From the NCBI GenBank assembly GCA_002404755.1, contig DHKI01000007.1, positions 79-64,078 of the forward strand: DNA of 64,000 nucleotides, in the 5' to 3' direction. This document shows, piece after piece, positions 47,989 to 58,352 of this stretch. Position numbers and translations under genes: made by a program. Under the pieces are notes generated by a model, which saw only the letters and a program-made list of their open reading frames with translations, did not search any database and was not told the origin of the DNA. How positions within the stretch are numbered: position 1 is the stretch's first letter; every line of letters starts with the position of its first letter. The DNA comes from Clostridiales bacterium UBA4698 (GTDB lineage Bacteria > Bacillota > Clostridia > TANB77 > UBA1234).

Positions 47989-50298
47989 ATGGAAAACTAT
48001 TATGAATTATCTGAAGAAGATACAAGAGCCAAATTCATAGATGGAAGTCTGAAAGCTAAATGGGCTGAAAGTCAAATAAGAAGAGAAACACCATTTACTG
48101 ATGGAAGAATAACAGTAAGAGGTAAAATGGTGTCAAGAGGGACTAGAAAAAGAACAGACTATATTTTATATAATAAATCTAATAGTCCTTTAGCGATAGT
48201 GGAAGCAAAGAAATACAGTGAACCTGTTGGTAAAGGTATGCAACAGGCGATAGAGTATGCCCAAATACTTGATATACCATTTGCTTATTCTACTAACGGT
48301 AGGGGATTTTTAGAGCATAATATGCTTACTGGAGAAGAAAGAGAGTTCTCAATGGGTGAGTTCCCAACCCCAGAAGAATTATGGGACAGATACAAAAATG
48401 CAAAAAGTATTTCCGAAACAGAAGAACAAATAATAAATGAGCCATATTATTATCAAGCAGGAGAAAAACACCCAAGATATTATCAGCGAATTGCAATAAA
48501 TAGAACTGTTGAAGCAGTAGCTAAAGGTAAAAATAGGATTTTATTAGTAATGGCAACAGGTACAGGAAAAACATATACTGCGTTCCAGATTATATATAGA
48601 CTTTGGAAATCTGGAAAAAAGAAAAAAATATTATATTTGGCAGATAGAAATGTCTTGATAGACCAAACAATGTCGCAAGACTTTCAACCATTTTCTAAAG
48701 TAATGACCAAAATTGAACACAAGAAAATGGATAGTTCTTATGAAATATATATGGCGTTGTATCAGCAATTAATAGATGGTAATGGAAATGATGTATTTAA
48801 AGAATTTGATAAAGATTTCTTTGACCTAATTATTGTTGACGAATGTCATAGAGGTAGTGCTGCTGAAGATTCAAATTGGAGAAGAATTTTAGAATATTTT
48901 GAAAGTGCTACACAAATTGGTTTAACTGCTACTCCAAAGGAAACAAAAGAAGTATCAAATATTTCATACTTTGGAGAGCCAATATATACATATAGCTTGA
49001 AACAGGGAATTGATGATGGATTTTTAGCACCATATAAAGTTATAAGAGTAAATTTAGATAAAGATTTACTAGGCTACATTCCAGAAGCAGGAAAGTTAGA
49101 TATGTACGGCAATGAGATTGAGCAAAGAGAATATAACACAAAAGATTTTGATAAAAATATAATTATTGATGATAGAACTAAAAAAGTTGCAGAACAAATT
49201 ACTGAAATTTTAAAAGAAAATGATAGATTTGCAAAGACTATTGTATTCTGTGTGGACATTGAACACGCAGAAAGAATGCGTCAAGCATTGGTAAATGAAA
49301 ATGCCGATTTAGTAAAAGAAGATCCAAGATATATAATGAGAATTACTGGAGATAACAATGAGGGAAAAGCACAATTAGACAATTTTATTGATGTTGAAAG
49401 CAAGTATCCTACTATTGTTACTACATCGAAATTAATGACAACAGGTGTTGACTGTAAAACTTGTAAATACATTGTAATTGATTCTTTAATAGCGAGTATG
49501 ACAGAGTTTAAACAAATAATAGGTCGTGGTACTAGAATTAGAGAAGATTATGGAAAATCATATTTCACAATAGTAGATTTTAGGAATGTAACTCGACTTT
49601 TCCAAGACAAAGACTTTGATGGAGAGCCGGTTGTAGTAGAAGATTTCCCAAAACCTAAAGGTACTGGAGATGATACTGAAAATGGTAATAGTGGAGGAGA
49701 TGGAACAACACCAGTTGATCCACCTATTGAGCCAAAGACACAAAAATACAGAGTTAATGATGTAGAAGTAGAAATAATCAATAAAATGGTACAGTATTAT
49801 GGGAAAGATGGAAAGCTTACAACAGAGTCTTTGGTTGATTTCTCAAAAAGAAGTATTTTGAATGAATATGCTGATTTGAATACATTTATTAATAGATGGA
49901 ATAGTGAAGAAAAGAAACAAGCTATAATTGATGAATTAAAGGAACACGGAATATTATTAGAAGCATTAAGAGAAGAAGTGGGTAAAAAAGATATAAGCGA
50001 CTTTGATTTAATACTTCATATTGCTTATGATAAAAAACCATTAACCAAAGCAGAAAGAGCAAATAAAGTAATGAAAAAAGGTTATTTGTATAAATATTCT
50101 GAACAAGCACAACTTGTATTATCAATGTTGTTACAAAAATATCAAGATAGTGAAATATTAGATTTATCTGATACGAGAGTTTTACAACTTCGTCCATTTG
50201 ATGGGTTAGGTGGACCTCTAAAAATTGTAAAATTATTTGGAGGAAAAGAAGAATATGTGAAAGCTGTGGAAGAATTAGAAAATGAATTATATGCGTAA
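47989..50298 (+). CDS. hsdR: Type I restriction enzyme R subunit
   Basis: N-terminal PD-(D/E)xK (DYILY...AIVEAKK), helicase motif I MATGTGKT, motif II DECHRG and motif VI QIIGRGTR. Confidence 0.9.
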   Translation: MENYYELSEEDTRAKFIDGSLKAKWAESQIRRETPFTDGRITVRGKMVSRGTRKRTDYILYNKSNSPLAIVEAKKYSEPVGKGMQQAIEYAQILDIPFAYSTNGRGFLEHNMLTGEEREFSMGEFPTPEELWDRYKNAKSISETEEQIINEPYYYQAGEKHPRYYQRIAINRTVEAVAKGKNRILLVMATGTGKTYTAFQIIYRLWKSGKKKKILYLADRNVLIDQTMSQDFQPFSKVMTKIEHKKMDSSYEIYMALYQQLIDGNGNDVFKEFDKDFFDLIIVDECHRGSAAEDSNWRRILEYFESATQIGLTATPKETKEVSNISYFGEPIYTYSLKQGIDDGFLAPYKVIRVNLDKDLLGYIPEAGKLDMYGNEIEQREYNTKDFDKNIIIDDRTKKVAEQITEILKENDRFAKTIVFCVDIEHAERMRQALVNENADLVKEDPRYIMRITGDNNEGKAQLDNFIDVESKYPTIVTTSKLMTTGVDCKTCKYIVIDSLIASMTEFKQIIGRGTRIREDYGKSYFTIVDFRNVTRLFQDKDFDGEPVVVEDFPKPKGTGDDTENGNSGGDGTTPVDPPIEPKTQKYRVNDVEVEIINKMVQYYGKDGKLTTESLVDFSKRSILNEYADLNTFINRWNSEEKKQAIIDELKEHGILLEALREEVGKKDISDFDLILHIAYDKKPLTKAERANKVMKKGYLYKYSEQAQLVLSMLLQKYQDSEILDLSDTRVLQLRPFDGLGGPLKIVKLFGGKEEYVKAVEELENELYA

Positions 50299-50313
50299 GA
50301 TAAGGAGATAGAA

Positions 50314-51798
50314 ATGGGTATTGGAAATGTAATAAAAAGATTAAGAGATATAATGTGGAAAGATGATGGAGTCAATGGAGATGCACAAAGAATAGAGCAA
50401 ATTGTATGGATTTTATTTTTGAAAGTTTATGATGCACAAGAACAACAATGGGAACTAGATGAAGATAATTATGAGTCAATAATTCCAGAAGAATTAAGAT
50501 GGAGAAATTGGGCAGTAGATTTAAAAGACGGTAAAGCATTAACTTCTGAAGCTTTGTTAGATTTTGTAAATAATAAGTTGTTTCCAACCTTAAAGAAATT
50601 AGATGTAAATGAAGAAACACCAAAGAAAAAAGCAATAGTAAAATTTATATTTGAAGATATTAACAACTATATGAAAAATGGGATTTTGTTAAGACAAGTA
50701 ATTAATACTATTGACGAAATTGACTTTACAGACACAAATGAAAAACACGAATTTAATGAAATATATGAAACGATGTTAAAAGAATTGCAAAGTGCAGGTA
50801 GTGCAGGAGAATTCTATACACCAAGACCAGTAACAAACTTTATGGTTGAAATGGTTAGTCCAACTTTAGATGATAGAATTGCAGACTTTGCTTGTGGTAC
50901 AGGTGGTTTCTTAACTTCTGCTTTAGATTTCCTAGATAAACAAGTAGATAATTTAGAAGATAGAAAGAAATATAATAATTCTATATATGGAATTGAAAAG
51001 AAATCACTACCATACTTACTTTGCGTTACTAATATGCTATTTCATAATATTGAAGAGCCTAATATTGAACATAAAAATAGCTTAAGTAAGAATGTTAGAG
51101 ATTATTCCATTGATGAAAAATATGATGTTATAATAATGAATCCACCTTATGGTGGCTCTGAATTAAAAAATATTCAAGCTAATTTTCCAATGGAATTAAG
51201 AGGCTCTGAAACTGCTGATTTATTTATGACACTTATTTTATATCGTTTAAGAAATAATGGTAGAGTAGCAGTTATCTTACCAGATGGATTTTTATTTGGT
51301 ACAGATAATACAAAAACAAATATTAAAAAGAAAATATTAGAAGAATGTAATTTACATACAATAGTTAGAATGCCTAGTAGTGTATTTGCACCATATACTT
51401 CTATAACAACTAATATTCTTTTCTTTGATAAAACAAAGAAAACTGATGAGGTATGGTTTTATAGAATGGATATGCCAGAAGGATATAAGAATTTCTCAAA
51501 AACGAAACCTATAAAGAATGAACACTTTGATAAAGTAAGAGAATGGTGGAACAATAGAGTAGAAATCAAAGATGAAAAAGAAGATGAAAGTTCTACTGAA
51601 ACGTATAAATCTAAAAAATATACTGCTGAAGAAATTGTTAATTTGAATTATAACTTGGATTTGTGTGGTTATCCACATAAAGAAGAAATAATATTAGAGC
51701 CAAAAGAACTTATAAGCCAATATCAAGAAAAAAGAGCGAACTTAAATGCAGAGATTGATAAAATTTTAGATGAAATAAGTAAAATGTTGGAGGAATAA
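50314..51798 (+). CDS. hsdM: Type I R-M N6-adenine DNA methyltransferase subunit
   Basis: Motif I DFACGTGGFL and motif IV NPPYGG. Confidence 0.9.
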   Translation: MGIGNVIKRLRDIMWKDDGVNGDAQRIEQIVWILFLKVYDAQEQQWELDEDNYESIIPEELRWRNWAVDLKDGKALTSEALLDFVNNKLFPTLKKLDVNEETPKKKAIVKFIFEDINNYMKNGILLRQVINTIDEIDFTDTNEKHEFNEIYETMLKELQSAGSAGEFYTPRPVTNFMVEMVSPTLDDRIADFACGTGGFLTSALDFLDKQVDNLEDRKKYNNSIYGIEKKSLPYLLCVTNMLFHNIEEPNIEHKNSLSKNVRDYSIDEKYDVIIMNPPYGGSELKNIQANFPMELRGSETADLFMTLILYRLRNNGRVAVILPDGFLFGTDNTKTNIKKKILEECNLHTIVRMPSSVFAPYTSITTNILFFDKTKKTDEVWFYRMDMPEGYKNFSKTKPIKNEHFDKVREWWNNRVEIKDEKEDESSTETYKSKKYTAEEIVNLNYNLDLCGYPHKEEIILEPKELISQYQEKRANLNAEIDKILDEISKMLEE

Positions 51799-51799
51799 A

Positions 51800-53380
51800 A
51801 TGACTGCACAAGAATTAAAAAATTCTATTCTTCAACTAGCTATACAAGGCAAGTTAGTTCCACAAGATCCAAATGATGAACCTGCAACTGTGTTGCTAGA
51901 GAAGATAAAAGAAGAAAGAAATAAGTTAATAAAAGAAAAAAAGATAAAAAAAGAAAAATATTCTGAAATATATAAAGATGAAACCGATAATCATTATTAT
52001 GAGAAGTTTGAAGATGGGACCGTAAATGATATTACTGAAGAGATACCGTTTGATATACCTGATAATTGGAAATGGGTACATTTTGAAAATTTAGGATATT
52101 TCATTTCAGGTTATACCCCAAAAAGAGAAGAAATATCATCCAATGGTAATATACCATATTTTAAAGTTTCAGATATGAATACCAATGGTAATGAGATCTA
52201 TTTAATATATACAGATAATTATTTATGTACTAACAAGTATTATCCAAAAAACACTATTGTTTATCCTAAAAATGGCGGAGCTGTTTTTACTAACAAACGA
52301 AGAATATTAAAATATGATTCTGTCGTGGATTTGAATACAGGTGGTTTTTGTTGCTATAGTTTTGCTTATCTAAATTTTATGTTCTTATTATTCAGCAACA
52401 TTGATTTTAGACAATATTATAAAGGAACAGCATTGCCTACTTTGGATATGGATAAAATAAAAAGAATATATATTCCATTTCCACCACTTAATGAACAAGA
52501 GAGAATAAAAAATAAAATAGAAATACTAAATCCAATTATAAACTTATATGATTCAAAATATAATGAAATCGAAGCTTTAAATACCTCTTATAAAGAAGAA
52601 CTAAAGAAATCAATATTGCAATATGCTATTCAAGGAAAATTAGTAAAACGAGATCCTAATGATGAACCGGCAGAAGTTTTGATTAATAAAATTCTTGAAG
52701 AAAAAAGAGAGTTAATAAAAACAAAGCAAATTAAAAAAGAGAATTTGTCTGTAATATATAAAGATAGTACAGATAATCAATTTTATGAGAAGTTTGATGA
52801 TGATACGATTGTCAATATTACAGATGAAATTCCTTTTGATATACCAAGCAATTGGTGTTGGACAAAATTAAGAAATATCGGCGTATATAAAAAAGGTCCA
52901 TTTGGTAGTGCATTAACAAAAAGTATGTTTGTACCTAAATCTAATGAAACAATAAAAGTTTATGAACAAAAAAATGCAATTCAGAAAAACGCTACTTTAG
53001 GAGAATATTATATAACAAAAGATTATTTTGAAAGGAGTCTGACAGGATTTGAAATTTTTCCAAATGATATAATTGTTAGTTGTGCTGGTACAATTGGAGA
53101 GACTTATGTTATGCCTAATGAAATGGAAAGAGGAATAATAAATCAGGCATTAATGCGAATGAGAATATTAGAATTATTTCCTAAAGATTACTTTTTATTA
53201 TATTTTGATTATGTATTAAAAAAATCATCTGCCAAAAAAAGTAGTGGTTCCGCAATTAAAAATATTCCACCATTTGACATTTTCAAAGAATTCCTTGTAG
53301 CAGTACCACCAATAGCAGAGCAAAAACGTATTTTAGGAAAGTTGAATATAATGTTTAATATTATCAAAACAGCTGAATAA
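51800..53380 (+). CDS. hsdS: Type I R-M specificity subunit (expressed copy), arranged CR-TRD1-CR-TRD2
   Basis: Two variable target-recognition regions separated by duplicated conserved regions (LQxAIQGKLV..DPNDEPA...IPFDIP.NW.W). Start overlaps the hsdM stop. Confidence 0.9.
   Translation: MTAQELKNSILQLAIQGKLVPQDPNDEPATVLLEKIKEERNKLIKEKKIKKEKYSEIYKDETDNHYYEKFEDGTVNDITEEIPFDIPDNWKWVHFENLGYFISGYTPKREEISSNGNIPYFKVSDMNTNGNEIYLIYTDNYLCTNKYYPKNTIVYPKNGGAVFTNKRRILKYDSVVDLNTGGFCCYSFAYLNFMFLLFSNIDFRQYYKGTALPTLDMDKIKRIYIPFPPLNEQERIKNKIEILNPIINLYDSKYNEIEALNTSYKEELKKSILQYAIQGKLVKRDPNDEPAEVLINKILEEKRELIKTKQIKKENLSVIYKDSTDNQFYEKFDDDTIVNITDEIPFDIPSNWCWTKLRNIGVYKKGPFGSALTKSMFVPKSNETIKVYEQKNAIQKNATLGEYYITKDYFERSLTGFEIFPNDIIVSCAGTIGETYVMPNEMERGIINQALMRMRILELFPKDYFLLYFDYVLKKSSAKKSSGSAIKNIPPFDIFKEFLVAVPPIAEQKRILGKLNIMFNIIKTAE
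51983..52020. repeat. Inverted repeat IR1, left copy (38 bp, exact)
   Basis: ACCGATAATCATTATTATGAGAAGTTTGAAGATGGGAC is the exact reverse complement of 55624-55661. Confidence 0.9.
52651..52746. repeat. Inverted repeat IR2, left copy (96 bp, 2 mismatches)
   Basis: Reverse complement of 54871-54966, with mismatches at 52667 and 52706. Lies in the central conserved region of hsdS. Confidence 0.9.
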
Positions 53381-53395
53381 TCAGCTGTTTTTTGG

Positions 53396-54199
53396 CTACC
53401 AATCAATTATTTTATTTACTATTTCTTGCTGTTCGGTGCTAGTTCTTCTTAAATAAATTCTAGTAGTTTCTATACTTTCGTGTCCCATTAAATCAGCTAG
53501 TAACGAAATGTCATTGAATCTTTCTAAAAAGCTTTTAGCAAATCGATGTCTAAATGAATGAGGGTAAATCACGTTAGGATTTAATCCATATTTTTTCCCT
53601 AGTTTTTTTAGTTCTCCTGCAATTCCCCTTGCAGTAATTCTTTTTCCAAATTTGTTTTTAAATATGAACCCATCTGTAATTTCCTTTTCTTCAAACCATT
53701 TCAATGCTTCTTCTTGAAGTTTTTGTGGAATATATATTCTTCTTAATTTTCCACCTTTTGAATATAAATCAAAATATCCAATTTTCACATGTTCTACTTT
53801 GAATTGTATTAACTCGCTAATTCTAGCACCTGTTGCAGTAATAAATCTTATAACAAAATACCAGTACATTTCCTTCTCATTTTTCAAACATTTCTTAAAA
53901 TATTCATAATCAGCTTCGCTAATTACATTTTCTAAAAAATTTTTTTGTTGTAATTTTAAAAGCGGTAATCTCAATTTATCTTTTTTTAAATATTTTAAGT
54001 AAGAATTTATTGCTTGAATTCTTAAATTTACAGTTTTTATCTTATAATTTTCAACAAGAAATGTTTTATAAGCTTGTAAATTTTTCTTGTTTAAAATCAA
54101 ATATTTTGATTGGTATTGTTTAACTGCAAACAGATAAGATTTTATGGTATTTTGAGAAAGATTTTTCTTTTTTAAGTATTCTTCAAAAGAAAAAACCAT
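53396..54199 (-). CDS. Tyrosine site-specific recombinase (XerC/D-like) located between the hsdS copies
   Basis: ATGARISE (Arg), HSFRHRF (HxxR) and GHESIETTRIY (His...Tyr) catalytic signature. 267 aa. Confidence 0.85.
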   Translation of the reverse strand: MVFSFEEYLKKKNLSQNTIKSYLFAVKQYQSKYLILNKKNLQAYKTFLVENYKIKTVNLRIQAINSYLKYLKKDKLRLPLLKLQQKNFLENVISEADYEYFKKCLKNEKEMYWYFVIRFITATGARISELIQFKVEHVKIGYFDLYSKGGKLRRIYIPQKLQEEALKWFEEKEITDGFIFKNKFGKRITARGIAGELKKLGKKYGLNPNVIYPHSFRHRFAKSFLERFNDISLLADLMGHESIETTRIYLRRTSTEQQEIVNKIIDW

Positions 54200-54870
54200 A
54201 CTGAAAACCTCCTTTCCAGTATGGAATTATATAATATTATAGTTTATCAAATAAAATTTCTAATCTTTCTGTGATTTGTATTTGCTCATTAATAGGTGGA
54301 AGTGGAATTAATATATTCAAGACTGTATCAGAGCCTATATTACCTTGATTAGCAGTTCCTGTTTCTTTTGAAAAGACTTGATCCAATACAAATTTTGATT
54401 TTAATATCTTTATTAAAAAAGAAACCTCAATACTTTTATTGTTCCTAAAAGCACCTACCCTTTGATTAAGATATAAATTATAATTTACCAAATCATCTTC
54501 TTTAACAAGCTTCGAGAAAAAGTAATCTCTTTTATTTTTTGTGCCTGTCATCGTTATTAATATATCATTCATTTTTATTAAGTATTTTTCTGTTTCACTC
54601 GCTAAATCATCATTTATATATACAGGATTTGCTTCATACAAAATTTTATCATTTTTTACATTTCCCAAGCGTATAATTAAATTTGAGGATTTACTTATAT
54701 AAGTAGTACTTTTGTATGCATATCCACCTAATAGAGTACCTACATTTTTCAATCTAGTCCAACACCAACTATCTGGTATTTCAAAAGGAATTTCATCTGT
54801 AATATTGATAATCGTACCATCATCGAACTTCTCATAAAATTGATTATCAGCATCTTTATAGATGATAGAT

Positions 54871-54966
54871 AAATTCTCTTTTTTAATTTGCTTTGTTTTT
54901 ATTAACTCTCGTTTTTCTTCAAGAATTTTATTAATCAAAACTTCTGCCGATTCATCATTAGGATCT
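54871..54966. repeat. Inverted repeat IR2, right copy
   Basis: See 52651-52746. Confidence 0.9.
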
Positions 54967-55623
54967 TGTTTTACTAGCTTACCTTGTATTGCATATTGTA
55001 AAATAGATTTTTTTAACTCTTCTTTATAAGAAGAATTTAAAAATTCAATTTCATTATATTTTTTATGATATATATTTATAATAGATTCTAATGAATCAAT
55101 TTTGTTTTTTATACGATGTTGTTCTTTTAATGGTGGTAATGGAATTAAATATTTTTTAACATTATCTAGTTTAAGAAACATTTGATTAGTAGAACCTTCA
55201 GCACTTTTTTCTATTTGAAGTCTATTTAATTTTAAATAATATAATAAATAATAAGATATTACTTCATTTATGTTCCTAAAAACAAATAAGTGGCCATCTG
55301 TAATATATTTATTATCTTCTAAATTAAAGATTCCAGATCTTCCAACAGTACCACCACCAAGAGTATTTAATAGAACATCATTTTTCTTTAAATAAAATTC
55401 TTGTGGATAATTTGCACTAAAATCATCAGTGCAATATTTAATTCCGTTTAAATCAATTCCATAATCTTGATTATTTCTTTGACCTAACACCAAGTTATTA
55501 TTAAGCGCTTTTGAGTATTTAGGACTTTTCCCAGAAAATGCAAACAAACAAATATTTTCTAATCTTGCCCAACACCAATTACTTGGAATCTCAAAAGGAA
55601 TTTCATCCGTAATATCATTAATA

Positions 55624-55661
55624 GTCCCATCTTCAAACTTCTCATAATAATGATTATCGGT
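55624..55661. repeat. Inverted repeat IR1, right copy
   Basis: See 51983-52020. Confidence 0.9.
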
Positions 55662-55710
55662 GGTTAAATATAAAAAATACACGATTATTGAAATCGTGTA
55701 CTTACTTTTA

Positions 55711-55947
55711 TTAGTCAGCTTCAACATCCTTAAATAACGGATGAGTAAAGAACTCTCCGAGAGTGATTCCAAATCCCTCACAGATATGAATCAAAGTATC
55801 TAGTTTGATTAATGAAGTCTTTCCATTCATAAAGGTTGTAATTGTTGAACAAGGAACACCAGTTTCTTTGCACAAATCCCAGATTTTCCAACCTTTTTCT
55901 TTAAGTAAAATTGTAATTCTTTTTCTAATTGCTTCTGATAAATTCAT
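55711..55947 (-). CDS. XRE-family HTH transcriptional regulator
   Basis: 78 aa. LLKEKGWKIWDLCKETGVPCSTITTFMNGK is a classic Cro/C1-type HTH. Confidence 0.8.
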   Translation of the reverse strand: MNLSEAIRKRITILLKEKGWKIWDLCKETGVPCSTITTFMNGKTSLIKLDTLIHICEGFGITLGEFFTHPLFKDVEAD

Positions 55948-56007
55948 TTCAACCTCCCTCCTTATGTAAAAAGCATAGCAAAGGAAGTTTAAAAACCACT
56001 TGGGCGA

Positions 56008-56066
56008 GTTGAAGTAAAACGAAAATATTTCGATTTATCGAAGTACTTCGTTGCGTTGAAGTAAAA
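56008..56066. promoter_or_regulatory. Divergent control region with operator-like repeats
   Basis: Direct repeat GTTGAAGTAAAA at 56008-56019 and 56055-56066, flanking the perfect 12-bp palindrome CGAAGTACTTCG (56039-56050). Confidence 0.4.
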
Positions 56067-56120
56067 AAGATGATATTATTACTGTGCGTGAGTGGTAATT
56101 TAACTCGGAGGTGTAATGAT

Positions 56121-56456
56121 ATGAAAAAATTAAATAGTAAATTGAAAGGTTTTATTGATTCATCTGTATTGTTATCTAGTTCGCATTTGATGATAATTTC
56201 TGAGGGAGAAATTATTTATTGGAAATCTCCACAAGGTAATGATAATGTAGTATGTGCAAGATTGAGTAATGATATACGAAGAATTTTAAACAAATTTGAG
56301 AGGAAAACAAATTCTACAAAAGAACTTTTTATAAAGAATGTGGAGGATACCATTCCTTTATTTGAAAATGATTCAACAGTATATGGAGGACAGTTTTTTT
56401 GCCTATTTGGTATAAAAATAAGTTGGAGATGGTACTTGTATATTATAGGACAATAG
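56121..56456 (+). CDS. Hypothetical protein
   Basis: Start at ATG 56121 after GGAGGTG. Divergent from the XRE gene. No motif recognised. Confidence 0.4.
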   Translation: MKKLNSKLKGFIDSSVLLSSSHLMIISEGEIIYWKSPQGNDNVVCARLSNDIRRILNKFERKTNSTKELFIKNVEDTIPLFENDSTVYGGQFFCLFGIKISWRWYLYIIGQ

Positions 56457-56774
56457 GTGGTTATATTGAAAGTAGCACTAAAGTAATGAAAACAACGGCA
56501 AGTTTTGTCCCTAGATTTATAGAATTATATGGATAGGAGATGTATATGGGATTAAAAGAAGATGTTGAAGAACTAAAAAAAAATAAAAGGCAAAAAGGCA
56601 GAAAAAAAGCTAGACGAAATATTGATAAAATATGCAGATGAAATTTTTGCGTCTTTTTTTGAGGAAGAAGATGAGTTGCCAGAAGAAAAACATATTTTTT
56701 CTGAAGAACACGAACGAAGAATGGAAGAAATATTTAGAAGCTTAAAAGAACGAGATAAATGAATCTCGTTCTTT

Positions 56775-57497
56775 TTATAAGAGCTTTTGTGCCTTTGCTT
56801 TGTATAAAGCTACTGTTATTACATATTTAGGTGGTGGCTTTTTACCATCATAGTATGGATACCATTTCTTTATATCTGCTGTTTTTGAATAACGATACAT
56901 TGATTTAATTGCTTTTTCTATATTCCATTTAGCATTTCTAACAGTAGTATGATTTTTCTTTGCAATATCTTCGTAGATTTTATTTATAGAAAATGCATTA
57001 ATGTTATTTTTATATAGATACTCAACAGTATCAATTATATATGTTGTTCCTATATTGGCAAAGTTAAAACCTAGTTGTAGTACTGCGTTTTCACACACTT
57101 CTCTACAACTAGGTTTTTTGTTCGTTACTTTATATATATTGTGAATGCAGTCAAGTAGAGTAGGTAAATCAAAAGGTTTTTCAAAAACTCGGAAAACTTT
57201 TGAAGTATATCTGAACTTGAAGTCTGCTAGATTTCCAGAAATGACAATGATGTTGCATTTTTGAGAGTCAGTTCCGTTTTGAGTGCATAAGGTATCCAGA
57301 ACTTGAATTCCATTCTTGTTTGGCATTTTTAAATCTAAAATCATAACATCTGGAGCGTAATTAAGATAGGAGTTTATTGCACTTTCTCCATCGTTAGCAA
57401 TATTAACAACTTTAATCGCATTATCTTTTGTAAGGTAAGATGATACAAGAGTAGCTAACTCTAAATTATCATCAGCAATTAAAACTGATATTGACAT
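56775..57497 (-). CDS. Orphan response regulator with a Spo0A-like C-terminal DNA-binding domain
   Basis: Receiver domain (LIADDN...VMILDLKMP). C-terminal YEDIAKKNHTTVRNAKWNIEKAIKSMY and KPPPKYVITVALYKA parallel Spo0A_C ([42 protein letters not shown]). No adjacent kinase gene. Confidence 0.7.
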   Translation of the reverse strand: MSISVLIADDNLELATLVSSYLTKDNAIKVVNIANDGESAINSYLNYAPDVMILDLKMPNKNGIQVLDTLCTQNGTDSQKCNIIVISGNLADFKFRYTSKVFRVFEKPFDLPTLLDCIHNIYKVTNKKPSCREVCENAVLQLGFNFANIGTTYIIDTVEYLYKNNINAFSINKIYEDIAKKNHTTVRNAKWNIEKAIKSMYRYSKTADIKKWYPYYDGKKPPPKYVITVALYKAKAQKLL

Positions 57498-57576
57498 TTT
57501 TCCACCTCATATTAAAATCTGAAAAACTTGAACTGCCCATATTATATCTCAAATTATAGAAAAAATCTATATGTTA

Positions 57577-57622
57577 TAGAAAATATATTACAAAAAAGTG
57601 TAGAAAATATATTACAAAAAGT
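57577..57622. repeat. Tandem direct repeat TAGAAAATATATTACAAAAA(A)GT, two copies, in a divergent intergenic region
   Basis: 57577-57600 and 57601-22. TGTCTTTTTTCCA also occurs twice (57655-57667 and 57685-57697). Confidence 0.7.
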
Positions 57623-57914
57623 AAAAAAATCATCGACAACTTTCGACAAAACAATGTCTTTTTTCCAATTTTTTCGGCTTTTTGTGTCTTTTTTCCACTT
57701 TCCACATTTTTTGAATTGAAAATAATATCATCTCATTAAGGTTGATAGTGTCAACTAAAAGAGATGAATACGAAAGAATTTTAAGGTACTAAAGAGGTAA
57801 AATAAGTTCATTTCTTTTTGTTGTCGCTATTTTTTATTGAGAGGAGGGTTGAATTTAATATACATCATCTCTTTCAAGTGGCATATCAGCCAATTTTGAG
57901 AAAGAGGTGTTGAT

Positions 57915-58352
57915 ATGTATATTAGTAAGGAAGAAAGAGAAGATTACGAAAGAAGATTTAATGGGTACATTATGCGAATAATAAAAAACGAGTATATTAG
58001 ATACTCTAAAAACAAAGCAAAAGAAAGAAGAGTTTCATCTTTGAATGAAATTTCTTGTGATGGTATTGAATGTATCCAAAACTTAATTGGAGAGAAAGAT
58101 GTATATATAGAAGAAGTTTTCGCCCCTGAAGAAATCGAATTGATATTTGAAAATGCATCTATTTATAGAGCCGTTAAATCGCTAACTAGAAAGGAAAAGT
58201 TAGCGATTTTTTTGTGCTTTATTTTAGAAATAGATAAAAGCGAAGTTGCTGAGATAATGGGATATTCGAGTGGACAATCTGTATATAAAACTTGTGAAAG
58301 AGCCATAGTGAAGATTAGAAAAAATTTAAAAGGGGGTTTTTTCAATGATTGA
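57915..58352 (+). CDS. Sigma-70-family-like protein (region 4 HTH), conjugative-transposon regulatory type
   Basis: LTRKEKLAIFLCFILEIDKSEVAEIMGYSSGQSVYKTCERAIVKIRKNL is a region 4-type HTH. Confidence 0.6.
   Translation: MYISKEEREDYERRFNGYIMRIIKNEYIRYSKNKAKERRVSSLNEISCDGIECIQNLIGEKDVYIEEVFAPEEIELIFENASIYRAVKSLTRKEKLAIFLCFILEIDKSEVAEIMGYSSGQSVYKTCERAIVKIRKNLKGGFFND

Larger units (their letters stand above)
54237..55661 (-). other. hsdS: Silent, 5'-truncated alternative hsdS cassette (TRD1'-CR-TRD2') in inverted orientation
   Basis: hsdS homology begins at ...DNHYYEKFEDGT (IR1). The upstream part of the track ORF (to 55781) overlaps the XRE gene 3' end and has no hsdS similarity or RBS. Both TRDs differ from the expressed copy. 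Confidence 0.75.

Noticed and set aside
56546-56762. Small ORF (about 71 aa) disrupted at an A9 homopolymer (~56573-56581), as a possible slipped-strand phase switch.
   Set aside because: One fewer A would restore the frame. But the ORF is tiny and Lys/Glu-rich, with no recognisable function, and a homopolymer sequencing error is equally likely. It is not supported as a feature.
57577-57622. A CRISPR array or other spacer-repeat structure. The same question was asked of the 46996-47086 repeats.
   Set aside because: There are only 2-4 directly abutting units with no spacers, and no cas genes in the window.
57528-57719. 63-aa ORF in the regulator/sigma intergenic region.
   Set aside because: The sequence is made of tandem DNA repeats and T-rich tracts. 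It has no RBS and a TTG start. It is better explained as a repeat-rich regulatory region.
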